Positions 10,523 through 20,436 of a stretch of 64,000 nucleotides of DNA are shown here, one piece after another (the stretch's first letter is position 1; each line of letters begins with the position of its first letter). This stretch comes from Verrucomicrobiota bacterium (lineage in GTDB: Bacteria; Verrucomicrobiota; Verrucomicrobiia; Limisphaerales; AAA164-E04), in contig CP170459.1 of assembly GCA_047947115.1 (NCBI GenBank), forward strand, positions 3,456,001 through 3,520,000. The letters run 5' to 3'. The position numbers and the translations under genes are program-made. The notes under the pieces were generated by a model. That model was not told where the DNA came from and did no database searches. It saw nothing but the letters and a program-made list of their open reading frames with translations.

Positions 10523-11632
10523 TTATCCCAGGATAATGCTGCGCAGTTTTTGATGGGCACTTGGCATGGGGTGGGCTTTGAGGGTTTTTATTGTTACCCA
10601 TTTTCCATCCGCAAGTTGGGAGGAAGGTTTTTCTGTCAGGAAGCCTTCAAAGCAATGGAGAGTGATGCGGTGGTGGGTGATCGTGTGCTTGATGGTGGTT
10701 AGAATGCTGAAGGTTGAAACTTGGATGCCTTTTTTCTGCAATGTCTCCAGACAGAATTGTAATGCTTCTTCAGGACTCATGATGACTGGCGAATCCGTGT
10801 TGTAGAATTCCCACAGTCCTTCGTTGTGTTCATCGGTGCCCTTTTGTTGCATCAGATATCGGTCATTGTATTTCAGGACATAAACAAAACGTTGTTGCTG
10901 AACCACAGCTCTACGTTTCGGCAGGTTGGGTAAATTGGCTACTTGTGACGTCATGTGGGCACCACAGGTTTTACTGAGAGGGCATTTGTTACATTGGGCG
11001 AGATTGCCCGGCAGGCAGATGGTGGCTCCCAGTTCCATGATGGACTGGTTGAGGTGACTGCAATTGCCGGCGGTTCTCGGGCGCATTAAATCGGCTTGAT
11101 GTACCCAGTGATCTGCCAGACCCCATAACTGGTTTTGAGTCTCACGGTCTTTCGGATTGGATTTGATGCTGTAATAGCGTGTCAACACGCGAATGACATT
11201 TCCATCCAGAATGGGTTTCGGTTGATCAAAGGCGATGCTGGCAATGGCTCCAGCGGTGTAGGGACCGATGCCTGGCAGGGATAGGATGGTTTCATGATCT
11301 TGTGGGAAATGGCCTTGATACCGGTCGCATGTCATCTTCGCCGCCTTGTGCAGCATGCGTGCCCTTCGGTAGTATCCAAGTCCTTCCCAGAGTTTCAGGA
11401 TGGTTTGCTCTGATGCTTCGGCCAGTGCCTGAATTGTTGGGATTTCTTTCATCCAGCGTTCCCAGTAGGGAATGACCGTGGCCACCTGAGTTTGCTGCAG
11501 CATGATTTCCGAAATCCAGATGGCGTAGGGATCGTGAGTTCTGCGCCAGGGCAGATCGCGTGCATGGGTTCGATACCACTTTAAAAGGGGGCGAACACAG
11601 TCTTTTTGAATGGTCTTGTTTGCCTTTTGCAT
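10523..11632 (-). CDS. mutY: A/G-specific adenine glycosylase
   Basis: RDLPWR, WISEIMLQQTQV, WEGLGYY, HhH LPGIGPYTAGAI, DGNVIRV, Fe-S CLP...CNKCPL...C and a C-terminal NUDIX-like domain. Confidence 0.95.
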   Translation of the reverse strand: MQKANKTIQKDCVRPLLKWYRTHARDLPWRRTHDPYAIWISEIMLQQTQVATVIPYWERWMKEIPTIQALAEASEQTILKLWEGLGYYRRARMLHKAAKMTCDRYQGHFPQDHETILSLPGIGPYTAGAIASIAFDQPKPILDGNVIRVLTRYYSIKSNPKDRETQNQLWGLADHWVHQADLMRPRTAGNCSHLNQSIMELGATICLPGNLAQCNKCPLSKTCGAHMTSQVANLPNLPKRRAVVQQQRFVYVLKYNDRYLMQQKGTDEHNEGLWEFYNTDSPVIMSPEEALQFCLETLQKKGIQVSTFSILTTIKHTITHHRITLHCFEGFLTEKPSSQLADGKWVTIKTLKAHPMPSAHQKLRSIILG

Positions 11633-11657
11633 CCGGGGTTTCTATGCTGACCGCTTC

Positions 11658-12599
11658 ATGACGGCCAAACCGATCACCACCTATACGTGCAAACTGACAT
11701 CCGGGCAAGCGGACAAGCTCCGTGGCGTGCTGGAAGCTCAGGGTTATGTTTTTCGAGAAGTGCCTTATTCGCAATTCGCCGGGGCCAAGGACAAACTGAA
11801 TGTGGTGTATTACACCTCTGGCAAACTGGTGGTGCAGGGGAAGGGGACGGATGACTTTGTTCGTTTCGTGCTGGAACCTGAGATTCTCGGTGAAGCACGT
11901 CTGGGCTATGAAAACGTCCTGGATCCGTCGCGTCTCGATCCCCGTATCGGTATCGATGAAAGCGGAAAAGGTGATTATTTTGGTCCGCTTTGTGTGGCGG
12001 GCGTTTATGTGAACGGGGACATGATCGATCACCTGGAACAGGCCGGTTTGATGGATTCCAAACGCATCGGCAGCGACAAACGGATCCAGGTGCTTGCCGA
12101 TGTGATTCGAAAAACGCCCGGTTGTCATTACACTGTGGTACCTATCGGGCCGGAAGCTTATAACCGCCTTCAATCCACCATGCGTTCTGTGAATGCCATC
12201 CTGGCATGGGGGCATGCACGCGTGATTGAAAACTTGATGAAGAGGAAGGACATGATGAAGCCCGCCCCGGTGCGGGCGATCAGTGATCAGTTTGCGCGTT
12301 CCAAGTCAACCGTTGCTGATGCGCTTATGGCCGGGGGACGTGAAATCGAATTGGTTCAGCGGCATAAGGCTGAATCCGATCTGGCCGTTGCGGCCGCGTC
12401 TATTTTGGCGCGTGATGCGTTTGTCCATCGCATGCACCAGTTGTCCGAAAAGTATGGCATCGAAATCCCGAAAGGAGCCAGTCAGCGAGTCATTGAGGTC
12501 GGTGCCGAGTTGGTGAGACGACATGGTGAAGCTGTCTTGAATGAGGTTGCCAAACGACATTTCAAGACGACACAGAAAGTGTTGGATTCCGTTACCTGA
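11658..12599 (+). CDS. rnhC: Ribonuclease HIII
   Basis: N-terminal TBP-like YTSGKLVVQG, IGIDESGKGDYFGPL, DSK, AVAAASILAR; start placed at ATG 11658 to avoid overlapping mutY. Confidence 0.92.
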   Translation: MTAKPITTYTCKLTSGQADKLRGVLEAQGYVFREVPYSQFAGAKDKLNVVYYTSGKLVVQGKGTDDFVRFVLEPEILGEARLGYENVLDPSRLDPRIGIDESGKGDYFGPLCVAGVYVNGDMIDHLEQAGLMDSKRIGSDKRIQVLADVIRKTPGCHYTVVPIGPEAYNRLQSTMRSVNAILAWGHARVIENLMKRKDMMKPAPVRAISDQFARSKSTVADALMAGGREIELVQRHKAESDLAVAAASILARDAFVHRMHQLSEKYGIEIPKGASQRVIEVGAELVRRHGEAVLNEVAKRHFKTTQKVLDSVT

Positions 12600-12615
12600 G
12601 TTGGAAGGAGATCGT

Positions 12616-12780
12616 TTTTTTGAACCGCAGATTTCGCAGATTCACTCAGATTTTTTGAGTAAAACTCAATGACGACGTATTTCAATCAGCCCGTAAAGCC
12701 CCGTTGTCCACCAGAGCAATCTGAAATCTTATTTCCCTGGATATATCTGCATTAATCTGCGAAATCTGCGGTTCAAAAAA
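12616..12780. repeat. 165-bp intergenic element with perfect 27-bp terminal inverted repeats
   Basis: ttttttgaaccgcagatttcgcagatt (12616-12642) and its exact reverse complement (12754-12780); lies between convergent genes. Confidence 0.85.
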
Positions 12781-12791
12781 TCCATGCCCGT

Positions 12792-13610
12792 TCAGCGCAA
12801 TCCTACCAGTTCCATGCGTCGGGCTGTTTCACGATAGGCTTCTTCCACCCATTGGACGATGCGTTTGGGGTTGGGAGAGTATTCCAGTTCGATCGAGACG
12901 ACTCCATCAAAGTTAAGCTCTTTGATGGCTTGGAGGTAGGGTTCGAACTTGACCACGCCTCGTCCCGGGGGAAGGTCACCGTGCACCTTGCCGTCGCAAT
13001 CGCTGATATGCACATGGATGGCATTGCCTTTGAGCTTTTTTACCTCGTTGGGTGAGGTGTCGGACAACACAAGGTGACTGATATCAATGTTGGCTTTGAC
13101 GCGTGGGTGCTTGCAGTCCTTGATAAACTTGGCCATGGATTTGACGTCGTTGAGCAGGCTCATTCGGAAGGGTTCCAGTTCCAGGGCGATGCTCACGCCC
13201 TTTTTGTCTGCGTAGTCACCGAGTTCACGGCAGGTTTCTATTGCCCAATCCCACTGTGCCTGTGGCGGGATGACTTCTCGTTGCCAGATGTATTCACCCA
13301 GCACCAGGAGGATGTTGTCCGCACCCCATTGGTTCGCGAGGTCGATGAATTTTTTGCAGCGTTCGACATGAAAGGCTCTGACCGGATCGTTGAAATCAAT
13401 CAGGCCCACTGCAACGACGGGCAACGAGATGATGGGGAGTCCAAGGGTGCGACAGGTCTTATGGATGGCTTTCGCTTCGCTTGGCTTCAGGGTGGTGGCT
13501 TCCGTGAAAATGTCCACGCAGTCAAAACCTATCCGGGCGATGTGTTCCAGTCCCGTCCGGGTGTCCATACCTGCCTGTTCGAATGCGCTGTTGATGATGC
13601 CTAGTTTCAT
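12792..13610 (-). CDS. Sugar phosphate isomerase/epimerase (TIM barrel) family protein
   Basis: IALELEP, NIDISH, HVHISD, PGRGVV, SIELE motifs. Confidence 0.88.
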   Translation of the reverse strand: MKLGIINSAFEQAGMDTRTGLEHIARIGFDCVDIFTEATTLKPSEAKAIHKTCRTLGLPIISLPVVAVGLIDFNDPVRAFHVERCKKFIDLANQWGADNILLVLGEYIWQREVIPPQAQWDWAIETCRELGDYADKKGVSIALELEPFRMSLLNDVKSMAKFIKDCKHPRVKANIDISHLVLSDTSPNEVKKLKGNAIHVHISDCDGKVHGDLPPGRGVVKFEPYLQAIKELNFDGVVSIELEYSPNPKRIVQWVEEAYRETARRMELVGLR

Positions 13611-13664
13611 AATCGTTTTTCGATGGATGATTCTCTGCTTGTTGTAACCAGATTTGCGAGGTTT

Positions 13665-14783
13665 TTAAAGAGGCCCTTCACTGAATCTTTCTTCCATGAT
13701 TTCGTTCAGTTTTACCATCCGGTGGGTTTCGGCGCTCAGATAGGCAGCCTCGACCAATGCCATGGTTTTCAAATTGTCTTCTCCGCTGATCTCCGGCTCA
13801 TTGCCTTCTTCCAGTGCAACGAGCAATTGAGCCATGGTGCCGATGAAAGCATCCGGAAACCAGCTCTCGGACCACGTGGGGGTTTGAAATGCCTCGTCAC
13901 CAATCGTTGCATACCGAATGGTGGAGGGGGATGTATAAGGCTCCTTGCACCATCCAATGTCTCCTATTGCCAGGCCTCTCAGGCCTTCAATGCGCCATTG
14001 GATTCCTATATCGGATGGGCAACCTTCGCGAGCCGGACCGGTCCAGGTATCGTCGATGCCCACGCATCGCATGCCGTTTGCGTATTCCAGAATGTAGTTG
14101 CAGATGCCGTCCTGGTGGGGAAAGGAGGTGCGTGGGTCGGGCCGAACACTGCAGAAAATGCCCTCCGGGTCGCCAAACCAATAGCGAAAGCAATCCAGAT
14201 GATGGATGGACATGATGCGCAGGGTCACCCAGCCGAGATCGGCTTGCCAGGGCATCCAGTGCGGGATCCCCCGCATGTCCAGCGTGGCCAGAACGGGCTC
14301 TCCGATGCTGCCGTTTTCCAGAAGGGATTTTGCGGCGCGGACGGATTGGTCGTAGCGCATGTTTTGATTCACAGCCAGGAAGATCCCGGCATCCTTGCAC
14401 AACTGAACCGTCTTCTTCGCCTCTTGGAAATCCATGCCCAGAGGTTTTTGAGCCAGGATTGCTTTGATATGATTCTTTTGGCAGGCCTTCTGTATCAGTT
14501 CGAATTGAGCGTTGGGAGGGACGGCGACGTCCAAGACTTGAATGCTGGTATCTTCAAGTAATTCATCCGGCGAGGAATGAACCGCTTTGATGCCATGACA
14601 TTCAGCCACTTCCCTTGCACGTTGCTCGTTGCGCGAGGCGATGGCGACGGGGTTGAAACCTGCCTTCCGGTAGGCGGGCAGGTGGCAGTCCATGACGATG
14701 AATCCGCTGCCTATGACCCCGATGGGCTGTTTTTTGTTCCTGGGAAGCTTGGCATGAATGTTGAGAGCGTTCGTATCGATCAT
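13665..14783 (-). CDS. Gfo/Idh/MocA family oxidoreductase
   Basis: IGVIGSGFI, AQKPL, VNQNMRY, SIHHLD motifs. Confidence 0.9.
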   Translation of the reverse strand: MIDTNALNIHAKLPRNKKQPIGVIGSGFIVMDCHLPAYRKAGFNPVAIASRNEQRAREVAECHGIKAVHSSPDELLEDTSIQVLDVAVPPNAQFELIQKACQKNHIKAILAQKPLGMDFQEAKKTVQLCKDAGIFLAVNQNMRYDQSVRAAKSLLENGSIGEPVLATLDMRGIPHWMPWQADLGWVTLRIMSIHHLDCFRYWFGDPEGIFCSVRPDPRTSFPHQDGICNYILEYANGMRCVGIDDTWTGPAREGCPSDIGIQWRIEGLRGLAIGDIGWCKEPYTSPSTIRYATIGDEAFQTPTWSESWFPDAFIGTMAQLLVALEEGNEPEISGEDNLKTMALVEAAYLSAETHRMVKLNEIMEERFSEGPL

Positions 14784-14801
14784 AATGCTTTTTGAGATGG
14801 G

Positions 14802-15812
14802 TCAATCGGTTTCCAGGTCCGAATGGTCCGATTCATCCCCCAGGACGTCCTGCAGACTGCTGAAAAAGGAGTGATGCTGTTCCTGGTTGGCGACGGGTTT
14901 CGGACTCGGCGGAGCAGGGGCCGGCTTGGGTGCCGGGACATTAACTGGTGCCGGTTTGTTGGTCATGGGGTCAGGAGGCGCAGCAGTTTGGGCTGATTGA
15001 TGTGCTGTTGACTCGTTTGTGTTGTCTTTTTTGAACACCAGGGTGGGGATGGGGGCATCCTGTTCTGTTTGATGGATGCGAATATGGCGCGCGCCTGTTT
15101 TGTTGATTTCCTGTTGCACCGTTGTTTTGGCGAGTGCCGGGTTGTTGCAATCCCGGGACAAGTGAGCCATGAAGATGTGCTGAAGTTGATCGGACACCAG
15201 GTGTCTGGCTGCTTCTCCTGCCGCATGGTTGCTGAGATGTCCGTGACGACTTGTGATCCGCTGCTTGATGCTCCATGGGCGTTTGGTGTCTTCCTGCAGG
15301 AGTTGGAGATCGTAATTGGTCTCCAATATCAATGCATTGGCGGGGCGCACCCGATCCAACACCAACCGCGTCGCATGGCCCAGATCTGTAAGAAAACCGA
15401 CGTTGCCGTGCGGGGTGCGTATCAGGAAACCAACCGGATCCTGGGCGTCGTGGGGAATGGAAAACGTTTCCACTTCCACATCCCCCACGTCAAAGGATTG
15501 TCCGGTTTGGAACACTTTGGCGTTGAATTTGGACTTGGTTTGACAGGAAATGGCATCAAGGGTCAGTCTGTTCGCAAACACTGGAATGCCCAGTTTGGCT
15601 CCGATCACTTTGAGGCCCTGAGTATGATCGGAATGTTCATGCGTAACGAGGATGCCATCCAATCGTTCGGGGGTACGGTCAATCGTGGCCAAACGTTCCC
15701 GGATCTGTTTGCCGCTGAAGCCGGCATCGATCAACAGGCGCACCCCATCCGTCTCCAAATAAGCGCAATTGCCTCTGGAACCGCTTCCCAAAATGGTCAA
15801 TCGAAAGGACAC
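14802..15812 (-). CDS. MBL-fold metallo-hydrolase (YycJ/WalJ-like) with a Pro-rich C-terminal extension
   Basis: LGSGSRGN, THEHSDH, PHDAQDP, TDLG, ETNYD, GHLSN, HLSRDCN. Confidence 0.88.
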   Translation of the reverse strand: MSFRLTILGSGSRGNCAYLETDGVRLLIDAGFSGKQIRERLATIDRTPERLDGILVTHEHSDHTQGLKVIGAKLGIPVFANRLTLDAISCQTKSKFNAKVFQTGQSFDVGDVEVETFSIPHDAQDPVGFLIRTPHGNVGFLTDLGHATRLVLDRVRPANALILETNYDLQLLQEDTKRPWSIKQRITSRHGHLSNHAAGEAARHLVSDQLQHIFMAHLSRDCNNPALAKTTVQQEINKTGARHIRIHQTEQDAPIPTLVFKKDNTNESTAHQSAQTAAPPDPMTNKPAPVNVPAPKPAPAPPSPKPVANQEQHHSFFSSLQDVLGDESDHSDLETD

Positions 15813-16049
15813 GACCTCAGGCTAGAGGTTGTGGGGGGAATCAGGCAACGAAATCTTGCATGCTGTTTCCCGATTCCCTTCTTTCACCACTAAAGAATGC
15901 ACGAAAAAGCGATATCAGATCTTAAAGTGTGTCGTTTGGGAAATTTTGCTCCAAATCGTGTGGCAATTCTCGCGACGTTCCCTATCATGCCCCCCGGATG
16001 GAGGTGAATCACCAGTTTATGCTTCATCCAATTGAGCCGATAAATCCTT

Positions 16050-19000
16050 ATGAGCGTTCACAGTTTCCTGCATTTGATGCGTCGGATGGGGGCATTGATG
16101 CTATGCCTCCACACGATTTTTTCTTTGATAGGACAAGAAGCGGACAATGAGGCGGAAACAGGAGTTCCACCGGCAATCCTGCCAGAAGTTACTTCATTAT
16201 ATGAATTGGATATCCAGGGGAACGAACGGATCAGAAATGGTGTTCTTGTAGAGGTGTCTGCGTATGTTTCTTATCATGATCCGGTGCTGGATGTGCTTTT
16301 TGTTCAGGATGATTCAGCCGGAATTTTTGTGGCTGCCAAAGATCCGGCCCTTGCCCACTTGCCTGTCGGTACTTCGGTTACGGTCAGTGGAGTTGCCGAG
16401 CCAGGAAAGTTTAAGCCCTACTTGAGCAAAGCAGAAGTTGTTCGCATGGACGAGGGGGTGATCACTCTCGATGCATTGGAGATTGATTTGCAGATTTTGG
16501 AAACCGGTCGATACGACGGGCAAATGGTTCAAGTTGCCGGGCGCGTGCGTTCGGTGGATGTAAACGGCCATTCACTGGCACTCAAACTCTTGAACCAAGG
16601 TCGTCCTTTTACGGCCTCTGTACGCGATTTTCCTGAGAATGTGGATGCTCAATCTTTAGTGGACAGTGTCATTGAAGTGTCTGGTGCATGCGGGTTCGAT
16701 TTTGACGGGAACGAATTGCTTTCTGTCCGGCTTTATTTGGACAAATTTGATCAATTGAAGATCGTCGTGCCGTCCGGGACCCATTTTGCTCAAGCTCCGT
16801 CCGGCAGGGTCCAAATTGAATCTTCCGAGGATATGCTCAGAGCATCCGGCGAACGCACCCTTCTTCATGGAAATTATCTGGGGCCCGCAGATGACGGGCA
16901 CTTTTATTTTCAAACTCCAAAACAGGGCTTTCTGGTGGAGCGAGCTCACTCAATTGAAATTTTGAAACGCGGGGATCCGATCGGTGTCCTGGGCTGGGTT
17001 CGATTGGAAACTGATGGGGCGATGATGCGGATTGAACAGCCCCTGGTTAAAAAGTTGGACTCCGGCAGTGTGTCGACCCTCGCGGAGCAGTCCACAGATG
17101 CGCTGACGGCATCTAATCTCAACCGATGGTTGAGTTTGAAGGGGAAGCTGATTGATGTGGAAACGGGCGATGGATTGCTTGTGTTTCATCTGGAGAGCAA
17201 CGGGAAACACATTGCCGCCATGTTTGGCGGGCATACGAATAAGGTCGAGTTGTTGGTTCCTCCCGCGGAAGGCAGTCTGCTGGAGGTCAGCGGGGTTTTG
17301 ACCGGGTTGCCATCGGAGCAAGGGATAGGCGAATTTCCTTCATTAAAACTCTATTCACTTTCGGATGTTGAAGTGCTGAGTCCCCCCAGTTGGTGGACGG
17401 TTGAAAGGATTACCTGGGCATTGGTTGGAGCTGCTTTGATCGGTTTTGCTGCCGTTGGGTGGAGTGTCTTGCTGAACCGACGTGTCAAACAGCAGACTTC
17501 CGCCTTGCGCCAGACTCTGGAGCAGGAGCGTATGGCGGAGGAGCGATATCGCAAGATTTTCGAATCAGCCCTGGACATGATCCTGTTGGCCGATCATCGA
17601 GCACACATACTTTCTATCAACCCTGCTGGAGTGGAGTTATTGCAGGACGAAGCTTCCTCATTCATCGGGAAATCATTTCTGGAGTGGGTTTATCTGGAAG
17701 ACCGGGGGAAGGCTGAAGAGGCTTTTGGGCTTGGGAGCAAGTCGGGGCGTGAACTGAGTATGGATGGGGAGGTGATCGAACTTCGCCTGGTGGCAAAAGG
17801 AGGGGATTCCGTCTACGTCGAGCTGAGTGTCCGGGGAGTGCTGTTGAGTGGAGGTACCTACGGGTATCAGTGTATTGCCAGGAATATTGACGAAAGGAAG
17901 CAGTCGGAAGCTCACCTGATCAAGGCGCGCAATGCCTTTCGTGATGCCAATCGAGCGAAATCGTCCTTTCTGGCAATGATGTGCCATGAATTGCGCACTC
18001 CGATGAATGGAGTCATGGGCATGACACAAATGCTTCAGCATACCAAGCTGGATGCGCATCAGCTGGAGCTAGCCAAGTCGATTCAAGTGTCTTCCGAGGC
18101 CATGATGAAGTTGATTTTCGATTTGCTGGATATTTCCAGAATCGAATCCGATCAGTTGAAATTGGCCGAAGAACCCTTCGATCTGGTGCAAGTCGTGGAA
18201 GATGCGCTGGCCACGCTTTATCCGGAATCGATGCGTAAGAAAGTGAATCTGACCTTGTATTGCCAGCCCCGCATCCCCAATCAGTTATTGGGTGATGCCA
18301 CCCGGCTGCGTCAGATTATCCTAAACCTGGTTGGAAACGGGATCAAATTCACCGACAAAGGGGGAGTGGCTGTTCATGTCACAGGTGAAGCCCAATCCAA
18401 AATGATTCATCAGATTCGATTTGAGGTGATTGACACTGGGATCGGACTGGGTGGATTGCGACAGCAGGATTTGTTTGAAGCCTTTGTGCAGTTGGATTCC
18501 TCGAATACAAGAAAATTCGGGGGAGCTGGATTGGGGTTGTCTATATGTAAACGAATTGTTCAAGCGATGGGAGGGGTTATTGGGGTGGAAGGGCAGACGA
18601 AACAGGGCGCCATCTTTTGGTTTGAGATCCCTTTCAAAATTGCTCATGCACATTCTTCCGTTCGCCTACCAAGGATCAGCTCTTCTGTGTTGGGGACAAT
18701 GGTTGACATTGTTTCCAATTGCGGACTGGTTTGTGACTTCTTCAGGATGCGATGCAAAGACCTTGGACTGTCTGCCCGCTACGAAACGCCGGATGAATTT
18801 TTGACCACACTTGAAAAAGTCTCAACGGATTCAGCCAAAGAGCCCTCCATTGTTGTGTTGGATCTGGAGTCTCTTTCAGGAGAATGGCTTAAGCGATATC
18901 AGGAAAATGTCGATAAGAAGGCCAGAGATCATGTGCGATGGGTCATGTTGTCCTCGCTGGAGGATACTAGCAATGGCTTGTCTCAAGTGATTCCACAACC

Positions 19001-19544
19001 TCAACTGCTTAGACTTTTGAAGCCATTGACAGAAACAGCGTTTCGGACGTTTTGTGATTTTATTTCGGATCAACAGCAGTTGCATGCTGAACAAGGAGTC
19101 CCGGGAAACTCGGAGTTGGCAGAGGGTTCCACATCAAGTGAAAAGGAACTGGCTTGTCGCGGATTGAAGGTGCTCGTTGCGGAAGATGATTTGATTAATC
19201 AGAAACTCATTCTCCTTTATTTGAAAAAAGCGGGATGTCTTTACGAAATAGTTCCTGACGGCAAGCAGGCCCTGGCCATGTTGGAGCAGAAGGCCTTTGA
19301 TGTGGTGTTGATGGATTGCAGTATGCCGGTTATGGATGGGTTTGAAGCTGCCCGGCAAATTAGAAAAAACCCTAACTACAACAGATTGAAAGTGATCGCT
19401 TTAACGGCGCACTCACTGAAAGGGGATCGTGAGCGTTGTCTGAAAGCGGGTATGGACGATTACATGGCAAAACCCTTGAATTTGGACAAGCTCACGGAAA
19501 AACTTTCCGACATCAAGTCGGCTTCTGTTGCAAACGGGCATTGA
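16050..19544 (+). CDS. Membrane hybrid sensor histidine kinase (extracytoplasmic repeats, TM, PAS, HisKA, HATPase, two REC domains)
   Basis: TM near PPSWWTVERITWAL, PAS YRKIFESALDMI, H-box HELRTPMNG, NLVGNGIKFT, DTGIG, GGAGLGLSI, terminal REC VLMDCSMPVMDG. Confidence 0.93.
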   Translation: MSVHSFLHLMRRMGALMLCLHTIFSLIGQEADNEAETGVPPAILPEVTSLYELDIQGNERIRNGVLVEVSAYVSYHDPVLDVLFVQDDSAGIFVAAKDPALAHLPVGTSVTVSGVAEPGKFKPYLSKAEVVRMDEGVITLDALEIDLQILETGRYDGQMVQVAGRVRSVDVNGHSLALKLLNQGRPFTASVRDFPENVDAQSLVDSVIEVSGACGFDFDGNELLSVRLYLDKFDQLKIVVPSGTHFAQAPSGRVQIESSEDMLRASGERTLLHGNYLGPADDGHFYFQTPKQGFLVERAHSIEILKRGDPIGVLGWVRLETDGAMMRIEQPLVKKLDSGSVSTLAEQSTDALTASNLNRWLSLKGKLIDVETGDGLLVFHLESNGKHIAAMFGGHTNKVELLVPPAEGSLLEVSGVLTGLPSEQGIGEFPSLKLYSLSDVEVLSPPSWWTVERITWALVGAALIGFAAVGWSVLLNRRVKQQTSALRQTLEQERMAEERYRKIFESALDMILLADHRAHILSINPAGVELLQDEASSFIGKSFLEWVYLEDRGKAEEAFGLGSKSGRELSMDGEVIELRLVAKGGDSVYVELSVRGVLLSGGTYGYQCIARNIDERKQSEAHLIKARNAFRDANRAKSSFLAMMCHELRTPMNGVMGMTQMLQHTKLDAHQLELAKSIQVSSEAMMKLIFDLLDISRIESDQLKLAEEPFDLVQVVEDALATLYPESMRKKVNLTLYCQPRIPNQLLGDATRLRQIILNLVGNGIKFTDKGGVAVHVTGEAQSKMIHQIRFEVIDTGIGLGGLRQQDLFEAFVQLDSSNTRKFGGAGLGLSICKRIVQAMGGVIGVEGQTKQGAIFWFEIPFKIAHAHSSVRLPRISSSVLGTMVDIVSNCGLVCDFFRMRCKDLGLSARYETPDEFLTTLEKVSTDSAKEPSIVVLDLESLSGEWLKRYQENVDKKARDHVRWVMLSSLEDTSNGLSQVIPQPQLLRLLKPLTETAFRTFCDFISDQQQLHAEQGVPGNSELAEGSTSSEKELACRGLKVLVAEDDLINQKLILLYLKKAGCLYEIVPDGKQALAMLEQKAFDVVLMDCSMPVMDGFEAARQIRKNPNYNRLKVIALTAHSLKGDRERCLKAGMDDYMAKPLNLDKLTEKLSDIKSASVANGH

Positions 19545-19595
19545 CAATGCTTTTCTGCCAAATTAGTTTCCTTCAACGTTTTTGAAATTAAAGTT

Positions 19596-19997
19596 ATGGC
19601 AGACGAACAACAGAACCCGCTAGGAGGAGCTGCTCCCGCAGACAGTGGCAAGGTGCAGCCCAAGAAGGAAACCGTCAGGATCAATCTTCCTCCGAAACCC
19701 ACTGCAGCACCGACAGTTAAGATTCCGGCTCCATCGGCTGCCGCTGCCGCGAAACCCGCTGCTGCCGCCCCTGCCGCCGCAGGAGGAGCTGCTGGTTCCA
19801 CCCAAAAGCTTCCGTCTGCCGCTCCCAAGGCAGCTCCTGCACCCGCAAGTGCCGCAAAATCTCCCGCAAAGCCATCCCCAGCCATGGCGCCACGAGCTTC
19901 GGCAGCAGCTGCTACTGTGAGTGGTGCTGACAAAGGGTTGGCTGTTGCCGCTATCATCGTGTCCTTGCTGGTGGCCGCAAGACTGTTCTTTCTTTAA
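19596..19997 (+). CDS. Hypothetical Ala/Pro-rich protein with a C-terminal transmembrane helix
   Basis: 133-aa ORF with KKETVRINLPPKP, a low-complexity linker and a hydrophobic tail; co-oriented with trxA. Confidence 0.7.
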   Translation: MADEQQNPLGGAAPADSGKVQPKKETVRINLPPKPTAAPTVKIPAPSAAAAAKPAAAAPAAAGGAAGSTQKLPSAAPKAAPAPASAAKSPAKPSPAMAPRASAAAATVSGADKGLAVAAIIVSLLVAARLFFL

Positions 19998-20062
19998 GGA
20001 GAGTGGCTTTACATTCAGTATACTGAGAAGAAATTTTAACTATTTAATAAGCACTACGCGAC

Positions 20063-20380
20063 ATGGAGAGTATTAACGAAGCAGATTTTAATGAGAAGGT
20101 ATTGAATGCATCACAACCTGCCCTGGTGGATTTCTGGGCTGAGTGGTGTGGACCATGTAAAATGCTGGCCCCTGTACTGGAGGAGTTATCCAGCGACAAT
20201 CAGGGTAAGATTAACATCTTCAAGGTGAATGTGGACCATAACCAGCAACTGGCTGTTCAGTTCAACATTCGCTCCATCCCAACCCTCTTGTTCTTCAAGG
20301 ATGGTCAGGTTCAAGAACAAGTGGTCGGGCTCAAGAACAAATCGGATTTGCAGGCGAGCATTGATCGCATTGCCGGTTAA
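20063..20380 (+). CDS. trxA: Thioredoxin
   Basis: DFWAEWCGPCKM, IRSIPTLLFFKDG, 105 aa. Confidence 0.97.
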   Translation: MESINEADFNEKVLNASQPALVDFWAEWCGPCKMLAPVLEELSSDNQGKINIFKVNVDHNQQLAVQFNIRSIPTLLFFKDGQVQEQVVGLKNKSDLQASIDRIAG

Positions 20381-20436
20381 AACCTGCCTCGGAACGACCT
20401 GTTGGTTGCCCGTGGTTAATCAGCGCGGAGACAGAT

